IMG/VR virus record: IMGVR_UViG_3300042451_000960
Origin: a virus
Lineage: Duplodnaviria > Caudoviricetes
DNA length: 64,000 nucleotides
Strand: one strand, 5' to 3'
This document shows positions 18,497 to 28,408 of the stretch, piece by piece. The notes beneath the pieces are model-generated. The model was not told the origin of the DNA. It saw only the letters and a list, made by a program, of their open reading frames with translations, and did not search any database. Numbering within the stretch: the stretch's first letter is position 1; every line of letters starts with the position of its first letter. Both the position numbers and the translations under genes were made by a program.

Positions 18497-18705
18497 TCTT
18501 TTCTGTGTTTTATAAACCATTGGGTATGTATCATCAATACGCAACTATTTACAATGATTGTAGGCCATGCCATAATACCTAATCCGTAAACTATCCAAAA
18601 CATAGAACCGATTGAATTTATTAAACGTAATCGGTAAATGTTTTCAATTAAGAATGAGTATAAAACAACCACAGTTCCTATGTAGCCAAATATTTCCCAA
18701 TTCAT
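18484..18705 (-). CDS. Small membrane protein (YgjV/PQ-loop-like)
   Basis: GYIGTVVVLYSF...LRLINSIGS.FWIVYG. Confidence 0.6.
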   Translation of the reverse strand: MNWEIFGYIGTVVVLYSFLIENIYRLRLINSIGSMFWIVYGLGIMAWPTIIVNSCVLMIHTQWFIKHRKEWLK

Positions 18706-18706
18706 A

Positions 18707-18949
18707 TTAATCAAATAAGTCTTTAAATAATCCAGCTTCAACTCTTTTACCAAATGCTTCACCTAATAATTCAGCTTCTAATTCTCTGAAATGATTTTGC
18801 CTTTCAACCATTTCCCTAAATTTATCCGGCGTTAATTCATCCAGCTCTTTTATTTCAAAGTGCTGTGTTTGTATTGTGAATACTACATACCCATCGTTTG
18901 TTTTACGAATATCAATCCCGTCCTTAATCCATTCCTTTAACTCAATCAT
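18707..18949 (-). CDS. Hypothetical protein
   Basis: ORF track, start reassigned. Confidence 0.5.
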   Translation of the reverse strand: MIELKEWIKDGIDIRKTNDGYVVFTIQTQHFEIKELDELTPDKFREMVERQNHFRELEAELLGEAFGKRVEAGLFKDLFD

Positions 18950-19484
18950 TTTTCCAAATTGTTTCGTCAATGTTTTCTTTATGTCCGATGTATCGTGCTA
19001 ATACAAAAAAGAAATCACTTAATCGGTTTAAGTATTTAGTTATAATAGCAACCCTTTCAGTATTTTCCATAACTAAACAATTCAATACCTCAATTTCGGC
19101 TCTACGGCATATCGTTCTACAAATATGTGCGTATGTTTGTGCTTTACTACCATTTGGTAAAATAAAGTTTTTCAAATCTGGCAACTGATTATTTAAACCA
19201 TCCATAACAGTTTCCAAAACTTCAATGTCATCTTCCGTTACATTTGTTATCGGTGAATTGTTATCATTGATAATCATTGAACCTGCGTTAAATAAATCCC
19301 ATTGAATTTCCTCAAGCAACCCACCTTCAGGTTTGTATTCAGTTCGGAGTAACCCTACAAATGAATTCAATTCATCTAATGCACCTACTGCTCTAATTTC
19401 AGGATAAAGTTTTGATACTCTACGGCCTGATAATAACGATGTAGTCCCACTATCCCCTTTCTTTGTATAAACTTTGTTAGCCAT
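18942..19484 (-). CDS. PduO-type ATP:cob(I)alamin adenosyltransferase
   Basis: KVYTKKGDSGTT, GALDELNS, H..RTICRRAE, YLNRLSDFFF..AR. Confidence 0.9.
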   Translation of the reverse strand: MANKVYTKKGDSGTTSLLSGRRVSKLYPEIRAVGALDELNSFVGLLRTEYKPEGGLLEEIQWDLFNAGSMIINDNNSPITNVTEDDIEVLETVMDGLNNQLPDLKNFILPNGSKAQTYAHICRTICRRAEIEVLNCLVMENTERVAIITKYLNRLSDFFFVLARYIGHKENIDETIWKND

Positions 19485-19930
19485 TAAATGTTTGTTTCTT
19501 TAATGATTTCCATTGAATGAATAGCATCACCTTGTCTGATAAAATCAATAACTTCAACTCCATCAATCACTTTACCAAAGCACGTATGGTTGCCATCCAA
19601 ATGTGCAACTCCTGCTCTATTGTGACAAATAAAGAATTGTGAACCACCGGTGTTTCTACCCCGATGTGCCATACTTAGGACACCTCTATCGTGATATTGT
19701 TTTGGTGCACTCACTTCACATTGAATTGAATACCCCGGTCCACCGTCACCTCTACCATTCGGACATCCACCCTGAACCATAAAGTTTGGAATAACTCTGT
19801 GAAAGTTTAATCCGTTATAGAATCCTTGCTCAACTAATTTCTTAAAGTTGCCGGATGCTATTGGTGTTTCATCGTATAGCTCTGCTATCATGTCACCTTT
19901 TGCTGTTTTAATTAATACTTTTGTTGCCAT
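19484..19930 (-). CDS. Cyclophilin-type peptidyl-prolyl isomerase
   Basis: FHRVIPNFMVQGG, SMAHRGRNTGGSQFFI, HLDG.HT.FG. Confidence 0.95.
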   Translation of the reverse strand: MATKVLIKTAKGDMIAELYDETPIASGNFKKLVEQGFYNGLNFHRVIPNFMVQGGCPNGRGDGGPGYSIQCEVSAPKQYHDRGVLSMAHRGRNTGGSQFFICHNRAGVAHLDGNHTCFGKVIDGVEVIDFIRQGDAIHSMEIIKETNI

Positions 19931-19939
19931 AGTTTTATT

Positions 19940-20248
19940 TTATCTTATTACCATTAATAATTCTTGTTCTCTAAACAAATAATATTCTTTATTGTTTAGT
20001 TTTACCGTCTGAGCAGTTCCTATTTGTGGCATCATTACTTTATCCCCAACCTTTACAGTCATTGGTATTTTAACACCATCGTTTGTGTAAACACCATCAC
20101 CAACTGAAACTACGGTGCCTATTTTTGTATCTTCAGCTTTAGCAGTTTCAGGAATTATAATACCGCCTGCTGTTTTTGTTTGTACTTCCTCTTTTTCAAT
20201 AAGTACTCTGTCCGCTAATGGTTTAGCTAATTCAAATTGTTCTGCCAT
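19940..20248 (-). CDS. groES: Co-chaperonin GroES
   Basis: KPLADRVLI, TAGGIIIP, VKVGDKV. Confidence 0.9.
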   Translation of the reverse strand: MAEQFELAKPLADRVLIEKEEVQTKTAGGIIIPETAKAEDTKIGTVVSVGDGVYTNDGVKIPMTVKVGDKVMMPQIGTAQTVKLNNKEYYLFREQELLMVIR

Positions 20249-20249
20249 A

Positions 20250-20846
20250 TTATTTTGTTTTCTTTGTATATTTACGTTTTGGTTTTACTATTGGAGCTAT
20301 AATCATAGCCTCTTTAATTTCATCGGGCATTTTATTCACATTATCCAGCACCGTTTCTATTGCATATAAATCATTAGGATGGATGTTTGCTGTTTTTTCT
20401 TCTAATTGCTTACTAATATCCTGCTTAGCAATATCAGCCATTTTCTTTTTACCTTCCGTTGATACTCTACTCATTGGAACTGATGCCAATGGGTCATTAT
20501 CACTACCAAAGTTCGTATCAATTGTAGTTATCTTTGTAGTTCGTACATTGATTGATTCATCCGGTTTTGGGAACTCACTATTCTCAGCTGCTTTCAATAG
20601 AGCTTCTACAATTTGTTCATTCAACTTTTTTGTTGTAACATTCGTAGGTAATTCCGAAGTAGTGGTTTCAATTGGTTTAATACCTGCTAACTTTTGAAAC
20701 TGCTCTTTAGCTTCAAACTCTGCTTCAATCTTACAAAGTTCATCTGCTTCTTTTTCTTTCTTTTTGTTTTGTTGTACATCGTAAATGAACTTAGCTAGTG
20801 TTGCTACTACAAACACTAAAAAGCTCCAAATGATAAAATATGCCAT
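20250..20846 (-). CDS. Hypothetical protein with N-terminal membrane anchor
   Basis: Hydrophobic N-terminus, basic C-terminus. Confidence 0.55.
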   Translation of the reverse strand: MAYFIIWSFLVFVVATLAKFIYDVQQNKKKEKEADELCKIEAEFEAKEQFQKLAGIKPIETTTSELPTNVTTKKLNEQIVEALLKAAENSEFPKPDESINVRTTKITTIDTNFGSDNDPLASVPMSRVSTEGKKKMADIAKQDISKQLEEKTANIHPNDLYAIETVLDNVNKMPDEIKEAMIIAPIVKPKRKYTKKTK

Positions 20847-20993
20847 AATATATGTTTTTAAAATATTGATTTAATAATTTGCCAAATAAATAAGAATCCC
20901 CAATACAGAATTCCAAATCCAACTCCCATTGCTCCTAAATACGCAATGAATTCGAATACTTTTCCCCAATTTAATTTTTGTTTCATAAGTTTA

Positions 20994-21500
20994 TTATTTT
21001 AATAATCTACCGGCACCTCTATATGCCCTTTTATAATTTGGCTCATTAAGTGAGCTAATCTTTACACCTTCATATCTGTTTGCTGCGTGTACAAACATAG
21101 TTTCACCTAAGTAAACTGCACAATGCCATCCACTTGGTGATTGTTTACTTCTAAAAAATAGGAGGTCACCAGTTTGTAAACTATCTTTTGGTACTCTATT
21201 TGTTTGAGCCCACTGCTTATAACATACGTTTTCCAAATTCAATTTATATACATCGGTATATAACCTCTTATTAAATTGTGAACAATCAATTCCCTTTTCA
21301 GTTTTACCGCCTAACTTATAAGGTTTACCTATCCAATGTAGCATAAAGTTATTTAATGCCGTATCGGCGGTTAAATATGGTAGCGAATCCAATTCAGGTA
21401 AAACTTTTTTTGTTTGTGCCTGTGTAGTGCAAGTATAACATAATATCCAAAAAAGTATTGTGGTAATTATATAAAGTATTTTTGTTTTACGCTTTATCAT
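20994..21500 (-). CDS. NlpC/P60 (C40) cell-wall peptidase
   Basis: WIGKPY..GG..GIDCS, GDLLFF, H.AVYLG..FVHA. Confidence 0.9.
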   Translation of the reverse strand: MIKRKTKILYIITTILFWILCYTCTTQAQTKKVLPELDSLPYLTADTALNNFMLHWIGKPYKLGGKTEKGIDCSQFNKRLYTDVYKLNLENVCYKQWAQTNRVPKDSLQTGDLLFFRSKQSPSGWHCAVYLGETMFVHAANRYEGVKISSLNEPNYKRAYRGAGRLLK

Positions 21501-21775
21501 CCGTTTATCCTTTTTATTGTACAGTCCTCATACCTACAATCGTAATATTCCTCACCATTTGAAATATCCATCACTATCATTCTATCACTTATCTTTACTA
21601 ATTTAGAATTTGGATATGTCAAAGGACAACCTTTACCCAAAACTCCATTAAAGGTTTCCCATATTGTAATTTTGTTGCCATCGTATCTTATAATTTCTAT
21701 AAAGCGCATTGATTTATTTTTTGTTCGAATATCTTTTTGAAAAACATTTCCTAACTCTCTCTGAGCTAAACTCAT
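21497..21775 (-). CDS. Hypothetical protein
   Basis: ORF track. Confidence 0.5.
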   Translation of the reverse strand: MSLAQRELGNVFQKDIRTKNKSMRFIEIIRYDGNKITIWETFNGVLGKGCPLTYPNSKLVKISDRMIVMDISNGEEYYDCRYEDCTIKRING

Positions 21776-22359
21776 TACTTTCTTTTTTTCTTTGGCGTTT
21801 CGATAGTTACCGATGCTTCACGTGCTTTCCAAACATCATCAAACTTTTTTCCATCCAATTCGCCATTATCACACATTTCATAAAACTTTTTAAGTGCTAG
21901 TTGGCGGCACATTGTTCTAATCCATCCCAATGTCCAAGTTCCAACTTCAACTTCTGAGCCCGATATTTCGCATACATTATACGATTTTTGTTCGGCATTT
22001 CTAATCAATGCCCAATTTTTATCAGATGTACCAGTTACATAAAAACGTAACCCACCAAATTTTTCTTTTATCTGAGTCACCTTTGTAATCCAATCACCTT
22101 TCTTTAAGTCATTAACTTTAATACCATGTACCAATTCATAAATGATTTTAAACCAACCATCCTCTACATCAATACCATATTTGTATGGATTCGTTTGTTG
22201 GATATAATCAATCTTTCGTGTCCACTTAAATTTTTTATGTAGGTATGCTAAAGCATTATTGTATTGTTTCTCAAACCAATTGTGCTCATACCCTCTAGTT
22301 GTGTATGTAAACATCTCTGGATACAATTCCACAATTCTTTCACTATTATTATTTGTCAT
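21775..22359 (-). CDS. Conserved phage hypothetical protein
   Basis: GWF.II..L...QIKEKFGGLRFY...CE..G. Confidence 0.65.
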   Translation of the reverse strand: MTNNNSERIVELYPEMFTYTTRGYEHNWFEKQYNNALAYLHKKFKWTRKIDYIQQTNPYKYGIDVEDGWFKIIYELVHGIKVNDLKKGDWITKVTQIKEKFGGLRFYVTGTSDKNWALIRNAEQKSYNVCEISGSEVEVGTWTLGWIRTMCRQLALKKFYEMCDNGELDGKKFDDVWKAREASVTIETPKKKRK

Positions 22360-22591
22360 CGTTTACTTTTTTTCTTTTAGTTTTTAATTGCTTTTCCGCA
22401 ATTGTTAATTGGTTTACCCCATCAGTATCAGTATTTACATCTTTTACTACTTCGGTTACTTTTACTTTACGAGTTGCAGCTTTCCATTCTGATTTAGCTA
22501 CATAACTCCATGCATTACCTACTTTGTTGTAAGCTTCTCTATCGCCTAACCTTTCAATTTCACCTGTTTTGTTGTTTTTAATACACTTCAT
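22349..22591 (-). CDS. Hypothetical protein
   Basis: ORF track. Confidence 0.55.
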   Translation of the reverse strand: MKCIKNNKTGEIERLGDREAYNKVGNAWSYVAKSEWKAATRKVKVTEVVKDVNTDTDGVNQLTIAEKQLKTKRKKVNDDK

Positions 22592-22603
22592 AGTTTATGT
22601 TTT

Positions 22604-23566
22604 TTATTTTAATTTCCTACAGTAAAGCATTCCTGTTGTATCCCCATCTTTGTAAATAGATTTTGTTTCAAATCCAGTTATTCTAAGTTTTTCAATTAAT
22701 CCAATAACCTTTTTATCAGTTAGCGGATGGTGAAATTCAATGGCTATTTTATTTACATTTTCTTTTAAGAATTTATTATCCATTGATTTAAATATTTCAT
22801 ATTCACTACCTTCACAATCAACTTTTAGATAATCTATTTTAGTAATATTGTTTTCAATCAAAATATCATTAAATGCTTTCACATCAACATTATACGATAT
22901 AGTTTGAGTATCTGAATTTACATTGGAATCCATAGATGCTTTGCCCGGCCATTCATTTTCAAAAAATGTTGCTTTTCCATTTTCCGAACCAACAGCTACC
23001 TCAAATAATTTTACTCTATTTGAACCACAATTATTATTAAAAAGATTTACTAATTTTTTATTAGGTTCAAATCCATATACAAATGAAGCACCTTTATAAA
23101 GTGCTTGTAGTGAAAACAACCCATAATTAAAACCAATATCAAAAACAACATCACCTTGTTCAACAGTTATGAAATCGGTACAATAAGTATCATTCGTAAA
23201 AATTTCATTAAATATAAAGTTTAAATCATTTTTTTCAACTTTTGATAAATGTGGCAGTATTTTCTTAATATATTTGTTTTGGTCTACATCTCTATAACCT
23301 ATAACACCATCTAATGAAAACATACCAACCACTTCATTTGTTTCTACATCAATAAATTCAGCATATCTATCTCTCGTTTTTGTAAAAAAATGAGTATAAT
23401 AAATTACACCAGGATGTAATTCCATAGTTGAAGTGTATTCGCATACTCCAAGATATTGATTATTAATTTTTAGAATAACATTTTGCTTTTCTTCTGAATT
23501 GAGTGAATAGTAAAACTTTTGTTTACTATCATCAATCCCATTATATGTAATACTATAATTTTTCAT
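22604..23566 (-). CDS. FkbM-family SAM-dependent methyltransferase
   Basis: VFDIGFNYG, FEPN, IDYLKVDCEGSE. Confidence 0.85.
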   Translation of the reverse strand: MKNYSITYNGIDDSKQKFYYSLNSEEKQNVILKINNQYLGVCEYTSTMELHPGVIYYTHFFTKTRDRYAEFIDVETNEVVGMFSLDGVIGYRDVDQNKYIKKILPHLSKVEKNDLNFIFNEIFTNDTYCTDFITVEQGDVVFDIGFNYGLFSLQALYKGASFVYGFEPNKKLVNLFNNNCGSNRVKLFEVAVGSENGKATFFENEWPGKASMDSNVNSDTQTISYNVDVKAFNDILIENNITKIDYLKVDCEGSEYEIFKSMDNKFLKENVNKIAIEFHHPLTDKKVIGLIEKLRITGFETKSIYKDGDTTGMLYCRKLK

Positions 23567-23603
23567 TTTACAAATATACGAATAATTTTTTAATCTACCA
23601 AAT

Positions 23604-23909
23604 TTATTTCAAAATTCTATTTACTAACTCATTCCACTTTTGAACTTCAATTTTATCAGCGTTATACATTTCAAACCCAAAATCATTATCGGAACTAGGT
23701 ACTACAACAATATGATAATCATCTGTAATACTATCCTTTGAAAGTGCATCCCTAACATTTTTTAATTCAGCTGCACCCATTGAAGATGGTACTCTCATTA
23801 CGAATATAGCTTTTGTTTTTGTTGGCGTATTGTAAATTGTACCCGGAGATGTTTGATAATTTGCAATAATTTGTTGTACTAATTGTGTTGGGTTCATATT
23901 TTTATCCAT
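23604..23909 (-). CDS. Hypothetical protein
   Basis: ORF track. Confidence 0.5.
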   Translation of the reverse strand: MDKNMNPTQLVQQIIANYQTSPGTIYNTPTKTKAIFVMRVPSSMGAAELKNVRDALSKDSITDDYHIVVVPSSDNDFGFEMYNADKIEVQKWNELVNRILK

Positions 23910-24295
23910 TTATTATTTGATTCTAATCTAGTTGCTCCTATAAATTCCATATTCCATTCACTAGGTGCTATTAATGAAAGGAATGGACTACCATCTTTTT
24001 TTTCATATAGATAATATGTCTCACCAATTACAGGCAAAAAGTTGTAAGTTGCTGAATATACAAATTCATTCCAACTAACTTCATCCACTAATTTTTTGAA
24101 TTCATCTTTTATTTCCTCATACTTTTTAGTGAATATCTTATTAGCGTTTTGAGCTTGTATTTGTTTCCATCCACCAACATCCTCTAATTGTATAGCAGGT
24201 GCTCCGTTATTACTACCATAGGTTAATTCTCTTGGATAGTAACCACGTTCAGCATCCCATACAACCAAATCAGGTTTCTTTTTTTCTTTACTCAT
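23894..24295 (-). CDS. DUF2452-like protein
   Basis: VYSA.YNF.PV.GETYYLY...FLSLIAP.EW. Confidence 0.7.
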   Translation of the reverse strand: MSKEKKKPDLVVWDAERGYYPRELTYGSNNGAPAIQLEDVGGWKQIQAQNANKIFTKKYEEIKDEFKKLVDEVSWNEFVYSATYNFLPVIGETYYLYEKKDGSPFLSLIAPSEWNMEFIGATRLESNNKWIKI

Positions 24296-25388
24296 ATGAA
24301 TTTCTATCAATATTAATCACAAAAGGAAAACGAGGGATACCATCGGGTGTTAAGTTGAAATACTTAATCGTTGCTTGCTTACCTATTAGTTTCTTTTTAC
24401 TCTTTAGCATTTCAGCAGTTTCATCCCATGTCCCCTTTACATTTGATTTGAATCGTTTACCTTCTGCCGTTTCAAATACCATATAACCCGCAGTTCCTGC
24501 CCTATTACCTTCACCTTCACAAATATCAATGATAGTATATTCTTCGTCAATGAATGATTTGTGCTTCAACAAATTCTTTGAACGTTTGTTTTCATAAACT
24601 CCATCGGTTCTCAACATCTGACCTTCATATCCCCTCTCAACATAGTTTTCATACCAATCTGTCACTTCACTTTCGTTTTTCACTATGTGCGTTTCAACTT
24701 GCTTTACACACTTAGGAAAATCTAAACTCAATTCATCTAACTCAATACACCTTTCTTTGAAAGTACCATCAACAGAAGGTATATCATAAACGTGATACTC
24801 AATGTTCTTAGCACTTTGTTTCAGGTCATCCGCTGTTGGTTTTGTTTTCTTAACCAATGATACGATAGCGTTGAAATCATTAGCGAACTTATCAGCGTAC
24901 AACTCACCATCCAATATCAAATCAGGTTCGTGCTGAAATAGTTTATCCAACGATTCTCTAATATGTGGTGCTGATATAATCTCTTTACCATTCCTACTGA
25001 ACATACCATCAATGGTTACAATACAACGTATCCCGTCCAGCTTTGGTTGTGAATAGATAGGGTATTCAATCTTGTCTTTTCTATCTTCCCACTTACCAGC
25101 CAACATAGGTTCAAAGTATTGTTTCTTATTAATGTTCTTAATATTCTCAAAGTAACCACGCTCCAACTTCAACTTATGTTTAGCTTCAGCTTCTTTAACT
25201 GCTTGCTCATTAGCGGTAGTTTCGTTTGCTCTACCTTCATTTTTACCAAACACACTAGTCCATTCACTAACTACTTTCTTACCGTCAGTTTGGCCTGAAA
25301 TAGTACGATACCTATTCTTTACTACTTCAATTGTCCACTCTTGCACCTTACCACCTTTAGTGGCTTTGTAAATTGTTTCAAATAACAT
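24288..25388 (-). CDS. lig: ATP-dependent DNA ligase
   Basis: YSQPKLDGIRC (KxDGxR), LDGELY, EGQMLR, LLKHK, PRFP. Confidence 0.92.
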   Translation of the reverse strand: MLFETIYKATKGGKVQEWTIEVVKNRYRTISGQTDGKKVVSEWTSVFGKNEGRANETTANEQAVKEAEAKHKLKLERGYFENIKNINKKQYFEPMLAGKWEDRKDKIEYPIYSQPKLDGIRCIVTIDGMFSRNGKEIISAPHIRESLDKLFQHEPDLILDGELYADKFANDFNAIVSLVKKTKPTADDLKQSAKNIEYHVYDIPSVDGTFKERCIELDELSLDFPKCVKQVETHIVKNESEVTDWYENYVERGYEGQMLRTDGVYENKRSKNLLKHKSFIDEEYTIIDICEGEGNRAGTAGYMVFETAEGKRFKSNVKGTWDETAEMLKSKKKLIGKQATIKYFNLTPDGIPRFPFVINIDRNSYE

Positions 25389-25391
25389 ATT

Positions 25392-25580
25392 TTAATTTTT
25401 AGGGGTTACAATTACTTCTAAATTATTATCACTAAAGCGAAGTCCAACAACCTCACCACCATGCTCTGCCGCTTCAACTATTTCTAAAAACTTTTTAAGT
25501 TCTACTGCTCTAACAAAGAATCCACCTTTGGCTTCCCCATCGGTAAAATTTTCTTTCCAAAATATTTGTTCGTTAAACAT
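25392..25580 (-). CDS. Hypothetical protein
   Basis: ORF track. Confidence 0.5.
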   Translation of the reverse strand: MFNEQIFWKENFTDGEAKGGFFVRAVELKKFLEIVEAAEHGGEVVGLRFSDNNLEVIVTPKN

Positions 25581-25591
25581 ATCTTTATTTT

Positions 25592-25849
25592 TTATTTATT
25601 TAGTTCCCAAATATGCCATACAAATGGGCCATCGAATAATGAATCAATGTAGGTATGCGTTAAATAATCAAATTCAAACTCATGTCCCGTACCAATTATT
25701 TCAAAATTACGTTGGGATGTTTGTTTCCAATTTGGGTCTACTAATACCCACATTTGCATAATACCATTTTGCATTCCAACTTTTAAAACTTGTGAATCAA
25801 TTGGTAGTTGAATTGTTTGTGTTAATTCGTATTTATAAATTACTCTCAT
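25592..25849 (-). CDS. Conserved phage hypothetical protein
   Basis: MRVIYKYEL...MWVLVDP...F.IIGTG...VWH. Confidence 0.65.
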   Translation of the reverse strand: MRVIYKYELTQTIQLPIDSQVLKVGMQNGIMQMWVLVDPNWKQTSQRNFEIIGTGHEFEFDYLTHTYIDSLFDGPFVWHIWELNK

Positions 25850-25860
25850 ATTTTTTGTTT

Positions 25861-26223
25861 TTATGCTCTAAATACTACACTATGCTCTGCTAATGATTTT
25901 AATGATTCAAAAAATCTTTCAGGTGTATTCAATCCACTTCTACTTACTTCAATCTTAGCACTTTCGTTATCGGATGTGATTGCTGTTATTTTGAATGTGG
26001 GTATAACTTCAGTATCATACTCAATTGTAAATACAACATGCTCCGGCACCATATACCCTAACGTTTTATCAACTGCGGCAAGTATAACGGCTCCCCAATT
26101 ACCTGTTGTTGAATTTGTTTTACTCAATTCGTTTACACTAACAACTTTATACATAGCTTGTCTAGCGTTCTTAATTGGAAAATTGAATTCCATATCCTTA
26201 ATCTTACTTAAATTCTCTATCAT
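25861..26223 (-). CDS. Hypothetical protein, MLTIEN-like (MIENLSKI)
   Basis: N-terminal similarity. Confidence 0.5.
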   Translation of the reverse strand: MIENLSKIKDMEFNFPIKNARQAMYKVVSVNELSKTNSTTGNWGAVILAAVDKTLGYMVPEHVVFTIEYDTEVIPTFKITAITSDNESAKIEVSRSGLNTPERFFESLKSLAEHSVVFRA

Positions 26224-26224
26224 A

Positions 26225-26488
26225 TTAATTATGTTTCATTCCTTTACAAACACCATAACCACTTCGTTGCGACAATCTATACAATCTATCCGCATCTTCG
26301 GCTGGCATTATCTGAATTTCATTACCTGTTTTGTGGTTAGCGATTGCTACTCCACCTACTCTAGCTACCGTACTACAATTCACACAACTTCTATAACCAT
26401 ACTTTGTGAATCGTAAAAGTGGCATATCATTACCACATTTAGTACAACTAGTCATTTCTAATTTGTTTACATTTACTTTCATATTCAT
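26225..26488 (-). CDS. Zinc-finger (CxxC...CxxC) protein
   Basis: CTKCG...CVNCS. Confidence 0.6.
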   Translation of the reverse strand: MNMKVNVNKLEMTSCTKCGNDMPLLRFTKYGYRSCVNCSTVARVGGVAIANHKTGNEIQIMPAEDADRLYRLSQRSGYGVCKGMKHN

Positions 26489-26500
26489 ATCTTATAATTT

Positions 26501-26902
26501 TTATACCATTGGAAATCCTGCTGCTGAATTTGTTGTTGATGGAAGTGTTGGGGCCCATCCCTTTGAATGAGTACTAAAATGTTTTCTAGTATAAGGACTC
26601 ATTTTAACTGGATTTATTCCAATACTATCCCAACTACTTTCCCATCTAACCGGCAATATACCATCCCTAACCGTAACTTCACAAATAGCTGTAGGTCTGA
26701 ATTCAACAATATCTTTACGCTCTACTTTACGAAAGATGTTTTGGCGATTAACTCTATCAACTTCTATAAAAGTAATTGAACGGGCTTTTACCATACATAC
26801 TTTTAACTCTTTAACATCGGTTTTACCATTAAGAGAAACGTGAACCTTAACAATCAATCCCTTAATAAAGGAATCGGGCAACTGAACTGAATTTTGTTTC
26901 AT
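26501..26902 (-). CDS. Hypothetical protein
   Basis: Start reassigned to MKQNSV. Confidence 0.5.
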   Translation of the reverse strand: MKQNSVQLPDSFIKGLIVKVHVSLNGKTDVKELKVCMVKARSITFIEVDRVNRQNIFRKVERKDIVEFRPTAICEVTVRDGILPVRWESSWDSIGINPVKMSPYTRKHFSTHSKGWAPTLPSTTNSAAGFPMV

Positions 26903-26912
26903 ATACTTAATT

Positions 26913-27341
26913 TTAGAAATTTCTACATACAGGACCAAAACCAACTTCGATTGAGTTAGCATCGGTTAAAGTTTTACCACACTTCAAACATTTACCTAAG
27001 TGGAAAATATCAACATTGGTATCCAACACGTCAAATCGGTTAGTAAGTAACATTTTCATAAACCAACTAATAGCTTCAGAAGCGGGTGTTTTAACTTCTA
27101 CTTTTTTGTTAATCACTTTACCATCTTTGTACCAACCCATATATTTGAAATTAAGATACTGAATCTCTACTTTCAAATGTAGGTAGTTAATGTTATTGAA
27201 TAGTGCTTGCGATACTTTAAAAGTATAATCTTTACCAGTCTTTTTACTTCGAATAGTAAAGGGAGCACCACTCAATTTTTTACCTTCTTTGTTGATTAAG
27301 TGAACTAAATTCTGAGCTGAAATAGGGTGTTTCGTGTTCAT
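26913..27341 (-). CDS. DUF6011-like zinc-binding protein
   Basis: CLKCGKTLTDANSI..GFGPVC. Confidence 0.7.
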   Translation of the reverse strand: MNTKHPISAQNLVHLINKEGKKLSGAPFTIRSKKTGKDYTFKVSQALFNNINYLHLKVEIQYLNFKYMGWYKDGKVINKKVEVKTPASEAISWFMKMLLTNRFDVLDTNVDIFHLGKCLKCGKTLTDANSIEVGFGPVCRNF

Positions 27342-27351
27342 ATCTTTGACT

Positions 27352-27459
27352 TTATTACATAGTAAAGATACGAAAAATACCTGAAATTACCAAATAATTT
27401 TTTGGTTGTAATCGGTTGATTTTCAATAAGTTATAACTAATTGATTATCAATGAGTTAG
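27352..27459 (-). promoter_or_regulatory. Conserved promoter plus two IHF-like boxes
   Basis: ttattacatagtaaagata 27352-27370; boxes 27415-27434 and 27440-27459. Confidence 0.65.
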
Positions 27460-28408
27460 CAATAGGCTGTATTTTATCAATATAGGTTAAAAATGTAGCT
27501 TTTAGCTCATCATTAATCTCATCATTTTTATTTTTATCAGATTGGATAGGAATTATTTTTGAAATAAAGCCGGAACTTCTTAGCTCATCAACTTTGTCTC
27601 TAACTCTAAAGTTTTCTTGCCACATATTTGTATTATCCGTTACTCTACCATTATCAGTTACTCTACCCAAATCGTGTATTCTTACATAACACAAAATCTT
27701 TTTTACAGAATTGTATCCCAAACTTAGATTATCCAAACTTCCTAAAAATTCCAAATCATCAACAAAATTAGACGTTACGGTTATTTTATCTTTAACACGT
27801 TTAACAGATTCAGTTCTCATTGTATAGGTATGGTATATACAAAATGCATTTGCTTTAGCTGCGTGTATTATTGATGTATAGTTTTTTGGTTGGTCATAAA
27901 AATTTTGTATGAATGTCCAAGGTTCTCTCCACGGGTGGTTGTTTGGAATTGTATAAGGAGCCCAAATATCTCTGCTTGGTGGGTGTTCGAATGGATTTTT
28001 TGTAGATATTAAATTTTGTAAATCTTTATCTTTAAAGAATACGCTAGAACCATAAGTGAATTCTAATTCTTTATTTTTTTCATAAATCTCATTTACAAAT
28101 TCTAAAGCATCTTCGGTTAGCATATCATCATCATCTAACCTGACTATAACTTCACCATTTGCCAAATCTGGAGCTAATAGCCAAGAATTTTTAAATAGTT
28201 CATATTCACTCTGACTTGTTAAATATAAAACTCTTTTATCTAAATTATTAGATTTAAATTTTTTGTAAATAGAAAAATTAATATCAGATGCAGCATCATC
28301 AAATATCAATACTTCCCAATTAGGATGGGTTTGTAATTGTATTGATGCTAAAGCCTCTCTTAAAAAATCAGGCCTATTATAAGTTCTAACTACAACTGTA
28401 ATTTTCAT
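27437..28408 (-). CDS. Glycosyltransferase family 2
   Basis: VVVRTYNRP.FLREAL.SI, IFDD, RLDDDD. Confidence 0.85.
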   Translation of the reverse strand: MKITVVVRTYNRPDFLREALASIQLQTHPNWEVLIFDDAASDINFSIYKKFKSNNLDKRVLYLTSQSEYELFKNSWLLAPDLANGEVIVRLDDDDMLTEDALEFVNEIYEKNKELEFTYGSSVFFKDKDLQNLISTKNPFEHPPSRDIWAPYTIPNNHPWREPWTFIQNFYDQPKNYTSIIHAAKANAFCIYHTYTMRTESVKRVKDKITVTSNFVDDLEFLGSLDNLSLGYNSVKKILCYVRIHDLGRVTDNGRVTDNTNMWQENFRVRDKVDELRSSGFISKIIPIQSDKNKNDEINDELKATFLTYIDKIQPIANSLIIN

